This document shows, piece after piece, positions 47,301-56,002 of a stretch of DNA of 64,000 bases. Made by a program: the position numbers and the translations under genes. The DNA comes from an uncultured virus (IMG/VR IMGVR_UViG_3300021255_000105) (Duplodnaviria; Heunggongvirae; Uroviricota; Caudoviricetes): IMG/VR virus record IMGVR_UViG_3300021255_000105. One strand, given 5' to 3'. The notes beneath the pieces are model-generated. The model worked only from the letters and a program-made list of their open reading frames with translations. It had not been told where the DNA came from and did not search any database. How positions within the stretch are numbered: the stretch's first letter is position 1; every line of letters starts with the position of its first letter.

Positions 47301-49167
47301 CAATGGAAAGGTTTATACCTTCCGTGGTGCTTATGACGAGGAAACCGAAACCTACGGGCGCGTCGTTTACACGATGAACAATATCGGCGAGGGCGCTCTC
47401 GATGCGGCCTACCTCGCCCTCCGGGAATACCTTAACTCCGTCCAGCTCAACATTGACGGAGAGTTTACCGGCTTTGACCGTGACACTTACGCCAAGCTCC
47501 TCCGCGATTACAACGTAGCGCTTAATAACGTGATGAAGGTGCTTTCCGACATTGCGAAGAAAGCTGCTGATGACGCGCAAAGCACGGCAAACGAGGCTTT
47601 GACCGATGCGCGGGCGGCAACCGGCCAACTTACCCTTTGGGGCGCAGACGGCGCGATTTCCCCTATGGAGAAACGCGGGCTCGTTCAAATCAAGGCCGAC
47701 ATTACCAAAGAACGCGATACCCTTATTGCAAAGGCCGTCATTTACGGAGCGGACTATACCGAGTTCCAGCAGGCGTATACCCGCGCTATTACGGCCCTTA
47801 ACAAGTACACCGCCGACTTAACCACCACGCAGGCCCGTGACGAGGATTACGAATATATTGCCGCCTATTACGGCTACCGCGATATACTTGCCCGAAACGT
47901 GGACGAGCGCGAGAAGGCGGTTATTGACGCAAAGGCCTCCGCAAACGACGTGGAGTATCTTACACAAGCTCTCGCAAAGGACGACACGGTTATTCAGGGT
48001 GGCGTTGTGCTATCCTCGTTCATTGGTGTAAAACGTGGCACTTCCGTTAAGGCCGCAATCAACGCGAGCGCCGACGTGGCCGGGTTCCGTGATGCGACCA
48101 AAGGCGTACTGATGATTGCCGCCGGTATTACCGATTTGGCGACCGCGGTCACTACCGCCGCAACGCGAATCTTTGAGGACGGAACGATTGTAACCAATAG
48201 CCTTTATGCCCTGAATGGCGGTATAATTGGAGGCTTTGCGATTGGCACTACCAATATCCGCAACGGAATGACCTCCTACGCCGACCAATCCAACAACGGC
48301 GTTTATATCGGCACGGACGGAATCGCGCTCGGCGGTGGTAAAATTACGATGCACTATACCGGCGCTTTAAGGGCCGTTAATGCAATCATAGAGGGCAAAG
48401 TGACCGCGACTTCTGGCGCAATCGGAGGCTTTACGATTAGCGACGTGGATTTATGGAGCGGCTCTGGGAACACCTATATTGAGCTAAACTCTGACCCGCT
48501 GGATTCCAATGCCTTACTTGTCGGCGGTGGGGCAAGTTCCGCACCGTTCAGGGTTACGAAAGCCGGTGAACTAACAGCGACCTCTGGTAAAATCGGCGGG
48601 TTTGAAATTGGCACAGACTCGCTCGGCGGCGCTTACGGAGAGGGCGACGTTGCTTATAACGGCGGCGTTTACATTTACCGTGGCGGCAGTATTGGCATTG
48701 ACGCGGGGATTCGCGGAAATAGAAAGCTTATCAGTCTTAATGTCAATAACTCGGTTTTGGCATCATTCTACTATGACGGCGGCTCGGAAAGCATAATCCC
48801 AATGCAGGTGACAAACAGGTTTGGCCCTATCGCAATCATGTGCGATTATGGCATGTTTGCTGGACTCCGCCCCCATATCAGTTCAAAGACAAGCGGCACT
48901 TTGACCGAATCCGAAAACGTTATCATTTGTAACAACTCGTCTGCAAGCACAATCTATCTTCCGAGTAGCCCGAGGAAGGGGCAGGCGTATTTGATTTTCC
49001 ACCCGACAAGCACTACGCTTACTATCAACGGAAACGGGAGGAGTATACGAAGGTTGGTAGCAAGCGGCCTAACAACCGTCACCTCGACAAGCTCAACCTC
49101 AATCGAGTGTATTATGTGCAACTGGGACGGCAACTACTGGTATTTAACCTACATTAAAGTATCATAA
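41371..49167 (+). CDS. large tail tip / fibre protein
   Basis: 2598 aa; baseplate-hub-like N-terminus, Ala-rich coiled repeats, IGGF(T/A/E)I beta repeats. Confidence 0.85.
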   Translation: MARFDIIQNNAPIANGAPTFTGTYMKPGVLTFREIASPFPIDWRIGAYVQYSRTGFRYYLYNIPQVKKQAGFKTHGAAYVYQNVQLHDATYELEICPFRDLVYDDNRVHFSTQSAISVFDDVAGIAERVQACLDNFHPGAWVVRLATEEMGASTELLALMQEEREFVVSGVTLQGVMEKIYEIWPEVGYVYSFENNKHVITIGGAGLNGYGDTYKYGKGHGLTALTKTAANPEEIANRLYVYGSARNMLPNWYNKQEIHGAESVDIQNLMIPIGPVEGGAVKYVYNGKLYTYEGKVYTYPGPVSHYAGWGLTDGLPDPAKAYIEDAASILARGLRAKSIYFDGSGDLKEIYPTIERVTIAEVRGASPSYVPAASWPDAQRVDEVYSSTPVADDGLSGADGKTFLQRETEDFANQLQGSVAASSVAAFRLFTKRITSTVAGSLKVNQSVKINGWLTGDITAVDVYFELAKIQPGGMSYVIKNVKQSCEFNADEGAYHIIGADLIADKLAVEEGDTFEVRVTLSVSNVNGEQAHTFSYSGDGYLDFQIGNYRASTFTIQIPQIGFDIAEQAALGEGMTLAFRSGACAGREFKIKSVEYRQATDTWLLEVIRSEDESLAQWFPNTDYQIVAGDHFVLLDIAMPGMYINIAEKRLLASAQEVLADTAKEQWQYTPDIDAKFMVESGRVLLPAQNITLEDDIVPGDTTRILIDSVTINEGEAAIPTYKVTLRDKKKKSYSDKASVTPISSRPVEEVQTTATSSESSSGGGSGSGHTHDNKADLDKLGTDGLYITINGSKAQAGYADRAGSAPAATEAEHALEADHALTADEATHAENADEATHATNADLAQRALTADYALDSDKWDGAQFGDYLNQPVRTTDNVAFNKVTTPEVSTRKIASPDFTEGPLGSGFRLWKNTVGGNAELELDSITVRKTLKVFELIIQQLKYQGGMVIYSAASAVCTEVEELSDSYKCYIDTKEDENGRIQEPNLFVVGDQVRCQRFQLGTTVAKYYWRLVTAVGDDYIVLSKTDCDTGSDAPEAGDNMIQLGHRTNTGRQSAKVTTTIDGNSPRDDYYKGINSYDLTGKLITTVGVRNGEVGVYTKNGEFTGRVVITGGSGLQTLDEWQDVADSIADAAQAAADAQADADRANAALTEWASDGYISPVEKEPLSNQWTDVRNEYSQIIADATRYGVDFSAFTAAYTLANAAFQKYTANPTQSTAKEADYDNIAAYYAARATILGNIAAASKGLITTAQNTANSAISAAAAAQLAADTAQAKADALEVALALLNDDTVLDQSEKNIIRTEWITINGIEDLGRTGTKGSYITTKNLFEQYRSVGGQVKYSMNGRIYTFGNLIYTYSEIGVSALDAAYLALREFLRSVGLNDRDSVFEGFDRAQFASLLTDYYDAELRVNDNINKAIQRQIEDAKAEILADITGFESAIEQTIQEMKDVLDNTIETWFGTGVPDLTNYPASQWQPSEYESHIGDLYYDDNTGVGYRFQLNEATNTYYWNILQDTTATAALALARQAKDTADGKRRVFLSQPTDAQAYDEGDLWLHATIGAYTDETLVCRSAKAAGVAFNAGDWTTATKYTDDTVANAAQAAANAAQQTADNAATAASRAQTSADNAATIANAATTRLDNWADDGYVSPTEKLALKQQKEEVDSDYTEIIADAGRYAVSTTAFVAAYNAAVTAFNKYTASTPELIEITADFGDIAAYYDARSTILDTIAVAAKKVATDAQAAADAAQQTANAAGSAAALAQTAADNAATAAATAQSTADAAKSIAEAARDKLVTWGSDGYISPTEKTALIQQLKDVQTERDQIVAQATSYSVSTTAYLAAYTAAVSAFNKYTAATPESIAVESDYANIAAYYDARTMILDAISTAAKKVADDAQQAADDAAALAQDAMDAAEAVAEALEKINLDAVLDQSEKEAIRTTWTSINGVVSTGVMGTTGTYYAAKQMIEGVSHTGLPVKYTFNGKVYTFRGAYDEETETYGRVVYTMNNIGEGALDAAYLALREYLNSVQLNIDGEFTGFDRDTYAKLLRDYNVALNNVMKVLSDIAKKAADDAQSTANEALTDARAATGQLTLWGADGAISPMEKRGLVQIKADITKERDTLIAKAVIYGADYTEFQQAYTRAITALNKYTADLTTTQARDEDYEYIAAYYGYRDILARNVDEREKAVIDAKASANDVEYLTQALAKDDTVIQGGVVLSSFIGVKRGTSVKAAINASADVAGFRDATKGVLMIAAGITDLATAVTTAATRIFEDGTIVTNSLYALNGGIIGGFAIGTTNIRNGMTSYADQSNNGVYIGTDGIALGGGKITMHYTGALRAVNAIIEGKVTATSGAIGGFTISDVDLWSGSGNTYIELNSDPLDSNALLVGGGASSAPFRVTKAGELTATSGKIGGFEIGTDSLGGAYGEGDVAYNGGVYIYRGGSIGIDAGIRGNRKLISLNVNNSVLASFYYDGGSESIIPMQVTNRFGPIAIMCDYGMFAGLRPHISSKTSGTLTESENVIICNNSSASTIYLPSSPRKGQAYLIFHPTSTTLTINGNGRSIRRLVASGLTTVTSTSSTSIECIMCNWDGNYWYLTYIKVS

Positions 49168-49172
49168 CAACC

Positions 49173-49436
49173 ATGAAAAAAATTGATTTTCAGCACTTCA
49201 AAATGTTTCAAGACATTGCCCATGAGCAAGTGATAGAAACAGACGCAAGGAAAGACCTCGCGGACCTCCTTTACAAGAATGTGAACGGGGTTGCGGCCCT
49301 TGACCTTGCCATGCGCATCTTTAAATCAAGCGGGGAAATGGAACTCTCCGAGGATGATTTGAAAATCCTCCAGCCGTTCGTGGAGGGTGGATTTACCCCG
49401 GCCTTCATTGACTCCTTTAACTCAAATCTTAAATAG
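49173..49436 (+). CDS. hypothetical tail-associated protein
   Basis: 87-aa ORF. Confidence 0.55.
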   Translation: MKKIDFQHFKMFQDIAHEQVIETDARKDLADLLYKNVNGVAALDLAMRIFKSSGEMELSEDDLKILQPFVEGGFTPAFIDSFNSNLK

Positions 49437-49439
49437 CCT

Positions 49440-50792
49440 ATGGCAGCAACAGAACAACCAGTAACCGAATTGACGGTTTACACCGACCCGGCCCTCGTCG
49501 CCGGAAAAGCAGTTTTGCTTCACGACAAGACCACAGGCGACGCTATTCGCTTTGACGCGGAAAAGCTCGTTGCGGTCGCAAAGGATTTGTCCATGTTCAC
49601 CGTGGACGGAACCTCTCTCATTCTCCGCGAAACCGCCAACTGCTATGTTGTGCGCACCCCCGGAGCCTATAAGTTTCCCCTTGTTTATGGAAACGGAATC
49701 AAACGCGGCGTTGCCAATGACGCGGCCTATACCCGTCAAGGAACAACCTATACCGCCGACTTCGTGAACCACCTCGGAAACGCAATCACCTCGCCCTACA
49801 TTGAGAAAAACGCCAACTGCCAGCCCGCCTCCGCAGGCCTCCTTTGGCAGACGCATCAAAGCATGATTACGAGCGTTTCGCTCGTGGAGGGTGGCGATTG
49901 TAAGTACATTCAGTTTACCGTGGGCCAAGTCCCGGCCACAAACGGAAATGCCGTTTTATTCGTTAAGGACTCTGGCGGTAATATCATGTGGAGCTGGCAC
50001 ATTTGGCTGACCTCTGATTCGCTCGGCCCGGAAGTGTTCAAGAATAACACCGCCGTTGAGTACCAGCTTATGAGCGAAAACCTCGGCGCTATGTGGAACG
50101 AAGCCCGCACCCGGTCTTTCAATCCTCATTACCAGTGGGGGCGTAAAGACCCTATGGCTCCGCCCGCATCGTACTCCTCCACCTCCCAACACACGCTCTA
50201 CGACATTAACAACAATGTCTATACCGGCTTTGGTGTTTTGGGTGCGGACTCTGACGAACTTTCGACAAAGACCGTCGATAACGCGATTAAGAACCCTAAC
50301 CTGTTCTTTACCCGTTACGACCAGACGAGCCACAACTGGAACAACCTTACGTGGTTTAACAACTTCTGGAACGCTGCGGAAACCGCGTCATCCTCGCTTG
50401 CAGACAATCAGGCCAGCGCCGTAAAGACCATTTACGACCCGTGCCCGGTTGGATTCATGCTTCCTTCTGGACGAGCCTTTACCGGATTTACAACGACCGG
50501 CGGAAACACCTCCGACTCGACACAGTTTAATGTTGTTGGCTCGTGGATTAACGGCTGGAATTTCAAGAAATCCGATTCGGACACTGTGGGTAATATGTTC
50601 CCGGCGTCCGGCTGTCGTGCCAATGGTACTGGAGCGTTCGCCAGTATGGCGAGTGGCGGCCACTATTGGTCTTTTGCTCCGAACTCACAGACCAACGCCC
50701 GTATCCTGTACTTCGACAGTGGCTACGTGGGCCCGCTGGACAACAGCAACCGTAGCAGCGGCTTTTCGGTGCGCCCTTGCCGAGAATTATAA
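49440..50792 (+). CDS. DGR target 1: putative adhesin/receptor-binding protein with C-terminal variable CLec-like region
   Basis: TANCY, WSWHIW, YQWGRKDP, DPCPVG motifs; VR at 3' end. Confidence 0.88.
   Translation: MAATEQPVTELTVYTDPALVAGKAVLLHDKTTGDAIRFDAEKLVAVAKDLSMFTVDGTSLILRETANCYVVRTPGAYKFPLVYGNGIKRGVANDAAYTRQGTTYTADFVNHLGNAITSPYIEKNANCQPASAGLLWQTHQSMITSVSLVEGGDCKYIQFTVGQVPATNGNAVLFVKDSGGNIMWSWHIWLTSDSLGPEVFKNNTAVEYQLMSENLGAMWNEARTRSFNPHYQWGRKDPMAPPASYSSTSQHTLYDINNNVYTGFGVLGADSDELSTKTVDNAIKNPNLFFTRYDQTSHNWNNLTWFNNFWNAAETASSSLADNQASAVKTIYDPCPVGFMLPSGRAFTGFTTTGGNTSDSTQFNVVGSWINGWNFKKSDSDTVGNMFPASGCRANGTGAFASMASGGHYWSFAPNSQTNARILYFDSGYVGPLDNSNRSSGFSVRPCREL
50603..50784 (+). repeat. DGR variable repeat VR1
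   Basis: 182 bp co-linear with TR; by hand 17 mismatches at TR adenines plus one C/T. Confidence 0.95.
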
Positions 50793-50867
50793 TAATAAAC
50801 TTTGCGGGAAGCCCCGCCTTTGGACGGCGGGGCTGTGGCCCGCGCGAAAGGAAAAAGAAACTGCGCT

Positions 50868-51050
50868 ATGAAAGTATTAAAAATTGACGGCTTGAAAACC
50901 AGCGGAACTACGGTAATTGCCGCGGAGAAGGTTTTTATCGGAGCGGCAGAATCAAACGAGCTTATTGATAAGATTCGCGAGTTTGATTTAGCAAACTCCT
51001 CGCCGCTTATGTGTTACGACTTTTTGAGGACTCTTAAAGAAGAATTATAA
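50868..51050 (+). CDS. small DGR-linked accessory protein
   Basis: 60 aa; IREFDLANSSPLMCYDFLRTLK resembles the MutS C-terminal helix-loop-helix. Confidence 0.55.
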   Translation: MKVLKIDGLKTSGTTVIAAEKVFIGAAESNELIDKIREFDLANSSPLMCYDFLRTLKEEL

Positions 51051-51400
51051 TGGATTTCCATGCCTTGAACGTTTATAATACCGCGCGACGGCTTTACCGC
51101 CAGCTCGACCAAAGCACGCAGAAAGTAGCCCGCGAGGTGCGAATCACCTCAATAGCCGAGGCGAAGCGCTGGATAGAGTCAATCATGGAGAATATCGCGT
51201 TTGCAAACGAGGCTTTTGAATCAAAGGAAAACCGATTACAGCTCATTCAGCAAGCTATTATTATCTTGCAACGGCTTGAAATCCGAGTAAGAATCTTCCT
51301 TGATTTAGGCTTTATCAAAAAGGCCGGATTCGACGCGATAATCGACCTTGAAGCGAGCGCCCTACGACAACTTCAGGGCTGGGAGAAAGCACAAAAATAA
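51050..51400 (+). CDS. avd: DGR accessory variability determinant (four-helix bundle)
   Basis: 116-aa helical protein ending RQLQGW, directly before TR and RT. Confidence 0.8.
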   Translation: MDFHALNVYNTARRLYRQLDQSTQKVAREVRITSIAEAKRWIESIMENIAFANEAFESKENRLQLIQQAIIILQRLEIRVRIFLDLGFIKKAGFDAIIDLEASALRQLQGWEKAQK

Positions 51401-51637
51401 CTTTCATAAGCCCCCTGCAGGACCGGACTTGTAGAACCTGCCGTGATTGGCATTTTACTCATGGGGTCTTTTTTTAATTCAGCGAGTCCCGCCTCTTCGC
51501 TTTTGAGTGATAGGCTATCTTATCCGCGGCTGGTCCCGGTAGCCCATTTTGCCGTCTGCGCATAACACCCGGCTTTATGTTCATTCAAGCGGACTTGCTC
51601 ATACAGGGGTGTCGCCTCGCCCGCGTTGCGTTGTTGG

Positions 51638-51819
51638 GGCGTCCGGCTATCGTGCCAATGGTACTGGAGCATTAACCAATATGGCGAGCAACGGCAACTA
51701 TTGGTCTTTTGCTCCGAACTCACAGACCAACGCCCGTAACCTGAACTTCAACAGTGGCAACGTGAACCCGCTGAACAACAACAACCGTAGCAACGGCTTT
51801 TCGGTGCGCCCTTGCCGAG
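51638..51819 (+). ncRNA. DGR template repeat TR
   Basis: AAC-rich invariant copy of VR1/VR2 between avd and RT. Confidence 0.95.
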
Positions 51820-51858
51820 GATTGAAATAGGGGGCTTTCATAAAATAGTAAAACACAG

Positions 51859-53052
51859 ATGACTTATACTTACGAAGAAATACATAGGCGCGTAACGCTT
51901 GGGTATCTTAAAGCCCGGGAGGAAGAGCGAAACACTCCGGCGCAACTTGAATTTGAGTTGGGGCTGGAGGGTAAACTGCGCTCGCTCTCCTTCGCGCTCT
52001 TTCTTCGCCAGTGGTCGCCACTTCCGCTTGACTGGTTTGTGCTTACGAAGCCGTCAGTCCGGGAAGTATTCGCTCCGCAATTCCGCGATAGGATTGTAAG
52101 CCATGTGCTTTTCGATATTCTCATGCCGGTTTATGATAGGCTGTTTATCTACGACAGTTATTCTTGCCGTGTTGGGAAAGGAACCCTTTTCGGTATTAAC
52201 CGTTTTAAACACCACCTCCGGAGCGTAACCAATAACTACACGCTTGAAGCATACGTCCTAAACCTTGATATTTCGGGCTATTTTATGTCAATAGACCGCC
52301 AGATACTTTACGGCCTTATCCACGCCGAAATCGAAAAATACGCGGCATTGCACGCGGATTTCGACCTTGACTTTACGGAGTATCTTGTGCAAACATTCTT
52401 ATTCCGTGACCCGTTGGCTGGTTGCGAGTACCACGGCAACCCGTGTTTGAAAAAACTCGTCCAGCCAAACAAGAGCCTTTTCGGTCAGCCCGAGGGAGTC
52501 GGCCTTCCGATTGGCGACGTTATCAATCAGCTTAATTCAAATATCTATCTTAACCCGTTCGACCACTTTGTAAAGCGCGTCTTGAAGATTCGCGGATATG
52601 GTCGCTATGTCGATGATTCCCGTTCGATACATAACAGTTACGCCTACTTGGAGGAGTGCAAAGAACGGTGCGCAGAGTTTCTTGCGGAGAAACTCCACTT
52701 GACGTTGAACAAAAACAAAAGCAATATAACCAGCGCTTACGAACCCAATACTTTTCTCGGCGCAATCGTAATGCCGTTTTATTCGACCGCAAGCGAAAAG
52801 ACGGTGCAAAAGTTTGAGGACTACATGAAAGACTTAAACAAACGGATTGCGGCCCACGAGCCAATGAGCTTGGAAACGGAGCTTTCAAAGCTCAATTCCG
52901 TGCTTGGATATTTAGCGCATTTCAACTCCGAAAAGGTTGTGCGCGAGGCCGTTCAAAAGTCAATAGCAACACAAAAAGTATTCGGTTTTAATCTTGACAA
53001 GCATAAAGCAATCATTTTAACCCCAAATATCTATGAAGTACCAATTTTCTGA
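51859..53052 (+). CDS. DGR reverse transcriptase
   Basis: FRDRIV, SCRVGKGT, LDISGYFMSI, GLPIG..NQ, YGRYVDD. Confidence 0.95.
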   Translation: MTYTYEEIHRRVTLGYLKAREEERNTPAQLEFELGLEGKLRSLSFALFLRQWSPLPLDWFVLTKPSVREVFAPQFRDRIVSHVLFDILMPVYDRLFIYDSYSCRVGKGTLFGINRFKHHLRSVTNNYTLEAYVLNLDISGYFMSIDRQILYGLIHAEIEKYAALHADFDLDFTEYLVQTFLFRDPLAGCEYHGNPCLKKLVQPNKSLFGQPEGVGLPIGDVINQLNSNIYLNPFDHFVKRVLKIRGYGRYVDDSRSIHNSYAYLEECKERCAEFLAEKLHLTLNKNKSNITSAYEPNTFLGAIVMPFYSTASEKTVQKFEDYMKDLNKRIAAHEPMSLETELSKLNSVLGYLAHFNSEKVVREAVQKSIATQKVFGFNLDKHKAIILTPNIYEVPIF

Positions 53053-53389
53053 ACCGCAGCGCAAGGCTGCTCTCAACAACGGTAAAATCCGTTGTTTCTA
53101 CAACGAGGAAATCAAGCACGACGTTGTGGAAATCACTAACCCCGAAACCGAGGAAGTCACTACGGAGGAGGTAGTAAACTATCTTTACGACGTGGTGGAT
53201 ATTGACGCCCCGGCAGAAAAGGGAAAAATCGTCGATGCGCTGATTCGCACCCGCTATTCGCAGTCAGACGTGGAGGCTATCATGCGCCACAAGATTGCCG
53301 GTGACGAAGGCGCGGACGAGGAGTTTAACGCTTTCAATGCTTTTGCCGAAACCTGCAAGGCCGAGGCAAAGCGCATACTGGAGGATTAG
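53033..53389 (+). CDS. hypothetical tail-associated protein
   Basis: LIRTRYSQSDVEAI pattern; 118 aa. Confidence 0.55.
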   Translation: MKYQFSEPQRKAALNNGKIRCFYNEEIKHDVVEITNPETEEVTTEEVVNYLYDVVDIDAPAEKGKIVDALIRTRYSQSDVEAIMRHKIAGDEGADEEFNAFNAFAETCKAEAKRILED

Positions 53390-53392
53390 GTT

Positions 53393-53884
53393 ATGGGAGA
53401 GGAACAGAGCTTTATCCTTCAAGGGAGCGTTTCGTCCGTGCTGGTGGCGTTTTTCCAAAGCGCCGTCTTGCGAATGATTCCCTACTCCGTTGCCGCCGTT
53501 CCGTTAATCGTGCTTGACTTGATTTACGGAATCCGCGCGGCAAAGTACCGTGGCGAGCGGGCTCGGCTCTCAACCGCCGTGCGCCGTTCCATGACAAAGA
53601 CCTTCAGCTATGTTTGCTGGCTGATACTGGCAACCGCCCTTGCGCTTTCTTTTGAAGTGAAGTGGATTGAGTGGGTGGTGCTGGGAGCGGTCTATCTCAA
53701 CGAGCTTGCATCCATTGTCGGCAACTATCTTGAAACGAAGGGTATTCACTTTTCCTATGCCGGTTTTATTCGTCTGCTCTTTAAGAAGGGCGCAGAAAAG
53801 GCCGGTATCGAAGTGTCCGACGAGGAGGCAAACGAGCTTATCCGTCCCCGCGACTCTCGCGGAAGGTTTGTTAAAAAACAATAG
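53393..53884 (+). CDS. holin
   Basis: 3 TM segments; DLIYGI, RRSMTK, ELASIVGN (phage holin 4-like). Confidence 0.8.
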   Translation: MGEEQSFILQGSVSSVLVAFFQSAVLRMIPYSVAAVPLIVLDLIYGIRAAKYRGERARLSTAVRRSMTKTFSYVCWLILATALALSFEVKWIEWVVLGAVYLNELASIVGNYLETKGIHFSYAGFIRLLFKKGAEKAGIEVSDEEANELIRPRDSRGRFVKKQ

Positions 53885-53886
53885 CC

Positions 53887-54351
53887 ATGATTGAACTTTT
53901 AATCGAAAGAAAGTGGCTCAAGAAGGCGTACTCCATTGGCGTTTTCTCCGTCAATGGAGAGCGTCTTTGCGAGTCGCTTGAAGATACCGACCGCGGGTTG
54001 GTATCTTCCATGCCAACCGGTGTAATTAACACCGTTAAAGTGTATGGCGAAACCGCTATTCCAAAAGGCCGTTATAAGGTTGTGCTTTCCCGCTCGGCCA
54101 AATTCGCTGGCCGCGCATGGGGCAAAAAGTACGGTGGGCTCGTTCCCGAAGTCCTGAACGTAAAGGGTTTTTCCGGCGTGCGCATACACCCGGGAAATAG
54201 ACCGGGCGATACCCTCGGATGTCCGCTCGTTGGCCGAAACAAAAAAGTGGGCGAGCTGGTGGAATCTACCGCGTGCTATTACCGGCTTATGAATGAGTAT
54301 CTTATGCCCGCCCATAAGGCCGGGGAGGAAATATACTTAACAATCCAATAA
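53887..54351 (+). CDS. DUF5675-family putative endolysin
   Basis: CESLED, ETAIPKGRY, GVRIHPGN..DTLGCPLVG. Confidence 0.8.
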   Translation: MIELLIERKWLKKAYSIGVFSVNGERLCESLEDTDRGLVSSMPTGVINTVKVYGETAIPKGRYKVVLSRSAKFAGRAWGKKYGGLVPEVLNVKGFSGVRIHPGNRPGDTLGCPLVGRNKKVGELVESTACYYRLMNEYLMPAHKAGEEIYLTIQ

Positions 54352-54352
54352 C

Positions 54353-54805
54353 ATGGGAGCACAATCAAAACGACCCGAGGGCAATCGAAAAATAGCAACG
54401 GTATGGCTGGCGTTTCTTGCAACGCTTTGCCTCCTCGCCGGTGCTATTTCCTGTTCCCCGAAAATCTACGAGCGTGTAATCGTCCAGCGCGATACAACCC
54501 AAATCGTCAAGGTTGATTCCGTCCGGTATCTCGAAAAAGATTCCGTATTCGTCCGGGAAAAGGGCGATACGGTTTATAAGTACGTCGAGCATATAAGATA
54601 CCGGGATAGAGTCAAGATTGATACCGTCCTGAAAGTCCGCGTCGATTCCGTGGCTTTTGAGCGCGTTAAAGAAGTTAAGGTAGAGAAACCCTTGTCTTGG
54701 TGGCAAAAGTCGAAAATCGGGGCGTTTTGGTGGCTTATCGGGGCTCTTGTGCTTTGCCTTCTTTGGATATTCCGTAAACCCTTATTAAAACTCATAGCAT
54801 TATGA
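54353..54805 (+). CDS. spanin-like lipoprotein
   Basis: Lipobox AISC, repeated DS/DT beta motifs, C-terminal TM. Confidence 0.65.
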   Translation: MGAQSKRPEGNRKIATVWLAFLATLCLLAGAISCSPKIYERVIVQRDTTQIVKVDSVRYLEKDSVFVREKGDTVYKYVEHIRYRDRVKIDTVLKVRVDSVAFERVKEVKVEKPLSWWQKSKIGAFWWLIGALVLCLLWIFRKPLLKLIAL

Positions 54806-55086
54806 AAAATTTTATCCGTAAAATCTGGGACGCCATTGTAAATTTCATTAACCGCGTCCCGAAAGACAAACTCTTGCATTTTATTGCTGGTGTCATTATT
54901 GCCGCCTTCTTTGCCATTTCCCTCGGCATGAAATTCTGCTTTTGGCCGGTAATCTTCTTTGCCTTTGGCAAGGAATTTTTCGACAAGTGGACCACGGGCC
55001 AGTGGGATTGGTGGGACCTTGGCGCAACGCTTATCGGCGCTCTCATTCCGCAGGTATTTGTTTTACTGAATATCTGGTGGTTCTAA
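54802..55086 (+). CDS. membrane protein
   Basis: DKLLHFIAG..KEFFD..DWWDLGATLIG. Confidence 0.65.
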   Translation: MKNFIRKIWDAIVNFINRVPKDKLLHFIAGVIIAAFFAISLGMKFCFWPVIFFAFGKEFFDKWTTGQWDWWDLGATLIGALIPQVFVLLNIWWF

Positions 55087-55187
55087 TCTGTTGGGACAAT
55101 CCGCTCCGTTTGCCGGAAAAATGCGAGCGTTGAAATCCAACAGAAAAAGCCCCTCCGCGCTTTGTAGGCACGAAGGGGCTCGTTCTA

Positions 55188-55421
55188 TCATAACGGCTCA
55201 ATATAAGCCCAGTGGGTGATTTCGGCCCCGCGTGGTAGGCCGACCCAACCGACGTGGAAAACGTCATATAGTCCCGGCGGCAGATAGCTCCACCAAAACT
55301 CCCCGTCCCAACGACAAATGAGATGCTCGGTAAATGGCAATCCCCTTACCTTACAAACAAGCTCAATCGGGCCGTTAAGGGGCTTTGGCGGTTGGAATGA
55401 ATCAAGATTATGCCATGTCAT
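55188..55421 (-). CDS. hypothetical protein (DUF551-like)
   Basis: Ends ITHWAYIE. Confidence 0.5.
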   Translation of the reverse strand: MTWHNLDSFQPPKPLNGPIELVCKVRGLPFTEHLICRWDGEFWWSYLPPGLYDVFHVGWVGLPRGAEITHWAYIEPL

Positions 55422-55584
55422 AGTATCGCAAGGAATAACGGCTCTGGCTTGCGCAAATCCGGGGAGTATTTTGGTTTTATTGCCCGGATTTCCTCGTAGT
55501 CAAACCCGTTATCAATTTTGATTTCCAGTTCGTCCGCGTCTTTTGGTAGCGAGGCGAGATACTTTTTCATCTGCTTTACCGTAA

Positions 55585-56001
55585 TCATACCCGTTTCGCC
55601 ATGAAACTGTAAGTATAAATCTTCTTCCCTTCCGGCGTGGTGTCGCCTACCGGACTCCCGAACTCGCGTATCAGCGAGTCTGCAATCGTGGCCGCAAGGT
55701 GCTTTCTTATGCCGTTTTCCATGAGCTTTTCGGTTGAGTAGCGGTACTCGTCCGACTCGGTTACAACGTAACTGGCTTTGATTAGCCGCGCATCTTGACT
55801 ATTAAGATTTTGCGCCTTTATTTCTTCAAGCGCATTTTCCACGGCCCCCTCGCGGAGGTTAAGTTCGATTTCCCTCCGGTCAAGCTCGTGGCGGTAGTTG
55901 TCAAGTCCCGCCTTCGTGCTTCGATTCTCGGAGGCCAAAATAAGATTATAGACGGCCAGCGCAACAACCATGACCGCAATAAGAATTATTGTAATTTTCA
56001 T
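55585..56001 (-). CDS. membrane-anchored hypothetical protein
   Basis: N-terminal TM plus coiled coil. Confidence 0.6.
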   Translation of the reverse strand: MKITIILIAVMVVALAVYNLILASENRSTKAGLDNYRHELDRREIELNLREGAVENALEEIKAQNLNSQDARLIKASYVVTESDEYRYSTEKLMENGIRKHLAATIADSLIREFGSPVGDTTPEGKKIYTYSFMAKRV

Positions 56002-56002
56002 A

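Noticed and set aside
51549..51830. 93-aa Asn-rich ORF
   Set aside because: It is the DGR template repeat read in frame, not a likely protein gene
51859..53052. RT as retron or group II intron
   Set aside because: TR/VR pairs with adenine-specific mismatches and an avd gene identify a DGR; no maturase or endonuclease extension
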